Shown: one piece after another, positions 59,329-64,000 of the stretch | Layout: each line of letters starts with the position of its first letter | How positions within the stretch are numbered: position 1 is the first letter of the stretch | DNA from: Nitrospiraceae bacterium | GTDB taxonomy: Bacteria > Nitrospirota > Nitrospiria > Nitrospirales > Nitrospiraceae | Direction of reading: 5' to 3' | Assembly (NCBI GenBank): GCA_050246315.1 | Contig: JBFWWG010000009.1 | Location: forward strand, 64,001-128,000 | DNA length: 64,000 nucleotides | The notes under the pieces: generated by a model | The model's database searches: none | What the model was told of the DNA's origin: nothing | Seen by the model: only the letters and a program-made list of their open reading frames with translations | Program-made: the position numbers and the translations under genes

Positions 59329-60322
59329 AATTACCCTCCTCGCCGTCGGGACCCTCACCCTGACGGCCCTCGTGTGGCACATTGGGCCGACCCGCATCCT
59401 GGATGCCGCCGGGCAAGTCGGGCCGCTCGGCCTGCTACTGGTGTTACTCCCGTCGCTGGTCATGTACCTGCTCGAAGCCTACGGTTGGAAATTGACCATG
59501 GGGCCCTATGCCGGGGCCGTTTCCTTTCCGCACCTGTTGGCCATCCGGACGGCCGGTGAAGTCGTCAACATGACCACGCCGACCGCCTATGTAGGCGGCG
59601 AGCCGCTCAAAGCCTATCTGCTCAAACGTGCAGAGGTCCCGTTCGTCGACGGATTGGCCTCGGTCGTGCTGGCGAAGACCCTGATGACGATCGCGCAGGT
59701 ACTGTTCATCCTGTTAGGGCTGGTGATCGCGTTCTGGCTGCTCGGATCGGAAGGGTCCTCCGGGCAGATGGTGATGGCCTCCATCGTCAGTGTCGGCATC
59801 TTGGCGTTCGGCGTCGCCGGCTTCATCGCAGTGCAGCGATGGGGCCTATTCACCGGTGCGCTTGGGCTGTTGCGGAGAGTCAATCTCCGAGTGGCCTACC
59901 TCGAAGCTCGGGAAAGCAAGCTGCGCGAACTGGACCGGACGATCCTGAATTTCTACGCCAAGGATCGGCGGAATTTTCTCTGCTCCACGGGATTGTATTT
60001 CGGCGGCTGGCTCGCTGAGGCCGTGGAAGTCTACGTGATGCTGGCCTGCCTCGGCCTTCCCGTGACGGCTCTCGCGGCGCTCGCCATCGGATCGCTGTCG
60101 GCCTTCATCAAGGGCGGGACCTTCTTCATTCCCGGGAGCTTGGGCGCACAGGATGGAGGCAATCTCCTCCTGGTCACGGCGTTCGGCTACAGCGACGTGG
60201 CCGGCATCACCTTCGCTCTGCTGCGACGCTTCCGCGAGATCGTCTGGATCGGCATCGGTCTGGTATGCCTGGCCCTGTTGGATGGGCGGACGGTGGCAAG
60301 TCGAGGCGATCAATCAGGCTGA
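59318..60322 (+). CDS. lysylphosphatidylglycerol-synthase TM / flippase-like protein
   Basis: multi-TM; PTAYVGGEPLKAYLL, IPGSLGAQD, LLRR. Confidence 0.85.
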   Translation: MLLKITLLAVGTLTLTALVWHIGPTRILDAAGQVGPLGLLLVLLPSLVMYLLEAYGWKLTMGPYAGAVSFPHLLAIRTAGEVVNMTTPTAYVGGEPLKAYLLKRAEVPFVDGLASVVLAKTLMTIAQVLFILLGLVIAFWLLGSEGSSGQMVMASIVSVGILAFGVAGFIAVQRWGLFTGALGLLRRVNLRVAYLEARESKLRELDRTILNFYAKDRRNFLCSTGLYFGGWLAEAVEVYVMLACLGLPVTALAALAIGSLSAFIKGGTFFIPGSLGAQDGGNLLLVTAFGYSDVAGITFALLRRFREIVWIGIGLVCLALLDGRTVASRGDQSG

Positions 60323-60399
60323 CGTTCTGGCTGCGAACTACGCCAGCCGGTGTTTCGAAAGGGCTCTGGTGGGATCGACTTTCCTTGCCGGCACGGTGC

Positions 60400-60746
60400 T
60401 CGCGTTCCAAGACGGCGTGCAATGGAGCCAGCGCATTGCGAAGAAGACCGCTGAGATCACGGAGGGGAAAGGGATCACGGTCCCGGACGTTGATGCAGCC
60501 GACGCCGGATGGAATGTTCGGATTAAACGCGACGATCCGAACCGACGAGCAGGTATGAACCGAGAGGTAGTGCTTCTTGTTGGCCCGGGAGAAAAACCGC
60601 TCGCCGACGTGATAGGTCGGCATCCTGTGGCCGAAATCATAACGAGTCTTCGGAAAGAGTTTCATGACCAACTGATGCACCGGTTGGCATCTTGCCTTGT
60701 GCCGCTCCGGTAGTGACGTTAGGTGCTGCTGAATCGTGTTCGCGAT
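60400..60746 (-). pseudogene. degenerate DUF1801 (YdhG-like) gene
   Basis: MPTY, ANKKHYLS, GVGCINVRD resemble DUF1801; no clean start and reading frame runs on into the convergent gene; limits approximate. Confidence 0.45.
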
Positions 60747-60849
60747 CCTCGTCGTTCCGACCTTCCGAACAGTTCCTGCGAATTGTCATAACGAATCACC
60801 GCGCTGGAGGCTCGATCGTGCACCCTCGCGCGGGGGCCGTCGCGCAAGA

Positions 60850-61521
60850 TCAGCGAATTTGGCGATGGGCGGGAGAGGAAGGCTTCGCCAGCCCGCGGTG
60901 CCACCGGCGTAAGTGAGGCAAGGTCGGCAGCCTCGTCTTTCGGTTGAAGAGATAGTTTTCGACCACACCAAAGAGACTGTAATCCACGAAGAGGGGGCGA
61001 TCGGCAATCAGGAACGGTGACGATGCCAACAGGTTGTCGAGCGGTTTCAACAGTTCCTCGAATTGAGCACAGAGATATGTGCGGTGGCTCGTCCATTCCT
61101 GGAGACAGCCTCGTCCGAATTTCCGCTCCTTGTGCCGAACCACCATGACGCGCTCGACAAGGGGACGAGACGGGATCACGTAGGTGTCGTTCACCTTGAA
61201 CCCGACCATTTCAAGATCATTTTCAATGTAGCGGGATAGGATGAGCTGCAAGCCTTCGAGTGCTTTTGGAAACAGATTCAGGTTGAAGCGGCGATCGAGA
61301 TACCGTGCCACCTCTTGCCCGAAATCCGTGACATCACACACTGCGTGCCTGCCATCGAGTACACAAGGCACCGTGTGGCCGCGACCGTTGGTGGCGCTGA
61401 TTATTGAGGCCCGCTCGTGATAGGGAATGTTGCGCAGACGGAACGGGATGCCGTTCCGTTCAAGCATATGCCGCACCGCGATACAGAACGGCGACCAGGG
61501 AAATTGAATCAGCGTGAGCAT
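60850..61521 (-). CDS. glutathione S-transferase family protein
   Basis: LIQFPWSPFC, TVPC, PFLIADRP..VDY. Confidence 0.8.
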   Translation of the reverse strand: MLTLIQFPWSPFCIAVRHMLERNGIPFRLRNIPYHERASIISATNGRGHTVPCVLDGRHAVCDVTDFGQEVARYLDRRFNLNLFPKALEGLQLILSRYIENDLEMVGFKVNDTYVIPSRPLVERVMVVRHKERKFGRGCLQEWTSHRTYLCAQFEELLKPLDNLLASSPFLIADRPLFVDYSLFGVVENYLFNRKTRLPTLPHLRRWHRGLAKPSSPAHRQIR

Positions 61522-61607
61522 GAGGATGAGACGTTATATGGCGCAAGCGGGGACAGAATTCAAGTGCGGCGGCGCCGAGTGTGAGTGACACGATCCAGGA
61601 CCGATCC

Positions 61608-62624
61608 TCATCCTGGAGACGTCCTCTGCGTGTTAAGGCCGGCGGTTTCGAGGACCGCTCGAACGGCCTCGATGACGAGCTCCGGCTGATCGAATTGAAT
61701 GAAGTGGCTGCTCCGGTCGGCGAAGACTTGCCGGCTGTTGGTGGAGAGCTTCATGAGGTCCGCCTGTAGTTGAAGCCACATCTGCCGGAACCGCGCCATG
61801 TCCACGGTGGGCGGCATGTCGGGCCACCAGGTTGGTCCGGTGGCGGTGAGAATGGTCAACGGCAGATCACCGAGCGGGTCTGTGCGCTGGACTTGAATGC
61901 AGGTCTCCTCCAACGCGGAGCCTTCGTCGGCCATGGTCGCGAAATAGCGTGTTTGCGTCCATCCGGCTCGGAGCATGGGACGAATCTCGGGAGGCACCTT
62001 TTCTTCATGCTCGGCGAAGAGCGGCGGCAGGAGATCGAACGCTGTCAACAGTCGCGTGACGCCCAGTGATGTCACGGCGCCGATGATCGGGAACGCGATC
62101 TTGCCGGGCGCGACAAATTTGCGGAACTCTTCCTGTGCAAATTGACGCTCGTGTCCCGCATCGACCAGGACGATTCCCAGCACGTCCTTTGGATGAATCT
62201 GCCGATAGAGCCGGACAATGAAACCGCCGAGCGAATGGCCGACGAGGACATAGGGGCCGGCGATACCGGAGCGAGTGAGCAGGGTATGGAGCTCGTTGGC
62301 AATGCGCCGGCCGGTTCTCGGCGAAGGCCCCGATTCACTCCAGCCGAATCCCGCCCGATCATACGAACAGACCCGCGTGACCTTCGCGAGAGCCGGTTGG
62401 ACGTTGCTCCAATAGACCGACCAACCCAGACCCGATGCCTCCAAGATCACGGTGGGACTGCCCTCGCCCGTGCAGTAGAGATGGAGCTGATGCCCGCCGA
62501 CGTCGATGAGATCGCCGGGAGGCGGATGGCGCGCTTGATCGATCGCCGTACCGACGGCCTGATACCCCACGCCGATCAGCGCGAGCAGAAACAATCCGCC
62601 AAGCAGCCGAATCAGCCAGCGCAT
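61608..62624 (-). CDS. alpha/beta hydrolase
   Basis: YDRAGFGWS, VGHSLGG nucleophile elbow, SSHFIQFDQP. Confidence 0.92.
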   Translation of the reverse strand: MRWLIRLLGGLFLLALIGVGYQAVGTAIDQARHPPPGDLIDVGGHQLHLYCTGEGSPTVILEASGLGWSVYWSNVQPALAKVTRVCSYDRAGFGWSESGPSPRTGRRIANELHTLLTRSGIAGPYVLVGHSLGGFIVRLYRQIHPKDVLGIVLVDAGHERQFAQEEFRKFVAPGKIAFPIIGAVTSLGVTRLLTAFDLLPPLFAEHEEKVPPEIRPMLRAGWTQTRYFATMADEGSALEETCIQVQRTDPLGDLPLTILTATGPTWWPDMPPTVDMARFRQMWLQLQADLMKLSTNSRQVFADRSSHFIQFDQPELVIEAVRAVLETAGLNTQRTSPG

Positions 62625-62932
62625 GGAGGGGTATTGTCTACATTTATAGAATCTGAATCAAACTGAGAAGGCCGGCGTGGAGACTTGTGCGGGATGTCGC
62701 CTCCGTCGTCAAATGGCATGCCAAATGACGACTCTGTCGACATGGTCGTGCGTGAGAAATAGGGGTAGGGCGACTTAGTGCATCTCAAACTTCGCGCGTC
62801 CAACGAGGGCCTCCGATTCAATAGCCTGCTCCCGTCCAATCCTTCTGAGGCCGCGCATTGCGCGAGCACAAGAGATGGATCAGGTCGTCCCTTTGCTCCT
62901 TGTGTTACGATGCGGCGCTGTCGGTCTCAAGA

Positions 62933-63190
62933 TTGAGAAAAAACGTTTCATATCCCATCCTAGATGCCATGATCACGCTTGCTGGACTGGTTGACGTGGT
63001 GGGAAGGAAAACGAAATCGTGACGCTCACTGACCAAGGAGGTCCGTCCGCTGTTCTGCTCGGTAACGGATCAGTACGAGGGGCTCATTGAGACGGTCGAG
63101 ATCCTCAGCGACCGGAGGGCGATGCGTTCGATTGGGCGATCAATGAAGCAGGTTGAGAGGGGGAGAGGGTGTGTGACGGAGAAGTGTTTG
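62933..63190 (+). pseudogene. frameshifted Phd/YefM antitoxin remnant
   Basis: fragments in different frames: NEIVTLTDQGGPSAVLL and DQYEGLIETVEILSDRRAMRSIGRSMKQVERG; limits approximate. Confidence 0.6.
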
Positions 63191-63230
63191 ACCTTGCTCA
63201 TGATCGATGACGTGTCCCTTGAACACCTTT

Positions 63231-63575
63231 TTATGGTGCAAACATTTCCTGTAAGACTCCAAGGACTGCGGTAAGGGTTCCAGGGGTCACGCGTCCGAGC
63301 CGCCTGACGAAGCGCTCAGGATCGACCGCGCGCAATTGATCTAGTCCGACGAATCCCGTACGGTCGCGGAAGCGACAGCGTACACGCCAGGGATAGGCGT
63401 GCCCTCCGGTGGTCATGGGTGCCACGATCACCGTTTGCAGGTGGTGATTGATCTCATCGGGAGAAATGACCAGGCAGGGCCTTGGTTTTCGGATTTCGCT
63501 GCCTCGGATGGGATCGAGCTCGATCAGGTAGACTTCACCACGTGTTGGTGGAGCGTGCTCTACCGCCACTTCCAC
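63231..63575 (-). CDS. PemK/MazF family toxin
   Basis: RGEVY..LDP.RGSE..KPRPCLVISPD, VAPMT, DQLRAVD. Confidence 0.92.
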   Translation of the reverse strand: MEVAVEHAPPTRGEVYLIELDPIRGSEIRKPRPCLVISPDEINHHLQTVIVAPMTTGGHAYPWRVRCRFRDRTGFVGLDQLRAVDPERFVRRLGRVTPGTLTAVLGVLQEMFAP

Positions 63576-63811
63576 TCTTCCTTATCGAATCGAGTCGGCG
63601 TTGGCTGGTCGAGGAGCTGGTCCTCGCCCCGCTCTCGCATGCGCCGGGCGGCTTCAGCCCAACCAGCCCGTGGTTTCGCCGCCTTGGAAATCAGAATTCG
63701 GCCAGGCTCCGCTTGGAGATCGACTTCACCCTCAAGCTGGGCTTCCTGAAGCAACGGCTTGGGGATGCGGATTCCTTTGGAGTTGCCGATCCGAACGATT
63801 TGCGCTTTCAT
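63560..63811 (-). CDS. AbrB/MazE family antitoxin
   Basis: IGNSKGIRIPK; AGGAG SD; overlaps toxin start. Confidence 0.92.
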   Translation of the reverse strand: MKAQIVRIGNSKGIRIPKPLLQEAQLEGEVDLQAEPGRILISKAAKPRAGWAEAARRMRERGEDQLLDQPTPTRFDKEEWKWR

Positions 63812-63832
63812 CCGTATCTCCTATGAGCCTAC

Positions 63833-63861
63833 ATTGTAATCACATTCCGGGTCCCGAGCAA
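63833..63861 (-). promoter_or_regulatory. sigma70 promoter of the mazEF-like operon
   Basis: TTGCTC-N17-TACAAT; -10 lies inside the short palindrome TACAATGTA. Confidence 0.65.
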
Positions 63862-63903
63862 ACCCGTCTTGGTTGATTTACAAGCAACCGGCGGGTTGCT
63901 AGG

Positions 63904-64000
63904 ATGCGTCGCGTGAAACACCTTGTCGTCCTGATCTGGGCCGCGCTGGCTGTTCTCGAATCGGGCGCCCTCGCCCTCGTTACCGGTCTCATCAATCCCC
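63904..64000 (+). CDS. partial ORF with signal-peptide-like start (runs off window)
   Basis: MRRVKHLVVLIWAALAVLESGALALVTGLINP. Confidence 0.4.
   Translation, partial: MRRVKHLVVLIWAALAVLESGALALVTGLINP

Noticed and set aside
62644..62958. Possible decayed gene on the minus strand
   Set aside because: Early stop and no recognisable family; overlaps the better-supported YefM remnant.

Overview
GC-rich bacterial chromosomal window, probably from Nitrospira/Nitrospirota (inferred mainly from a chlorite dismutase closely resembling the Nitrospira defluvii enzyme as I recall it). About 60 genes: two TonB-dependent receptors, DsbA, a Cu(I) P1B-ATPase, HtrA; an ECF sigma/anti-sigma pair divergent from a lipoprotein truncated haemoglobin-DUF4331-TPR-HupE/UreJ operon, followed by nikR-DUF3842-TBDR; ispA-hpnA-cruF-like genes; ppk1; cld; a TetR-MFP-RND efflux operon; toxin-antitoxin loci; and a putative 2-aminoethylphosphonate (phosphonolipid) biosynthesis cluster whose PEP mutase has a non-canonical active-site loop (EDNVYPKRCS). 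The non-coding DNA is unusually rich: a ~370-bp MITE family built from nested, covarying hairpin modules (one copy splits the HepT toxin gene at a CTAG), a second 139-bp CTAG-bounded MITE family, four inverted heptamer-array elements inside operons, a twice-repeated ECF promoter motif and a structured leader upstream of the nickel-associated TBDR. No rRNA, tRNA, CRISPR array or autonomous transposase was seen. Family assignments come from motif recognition by eye, not database searches.
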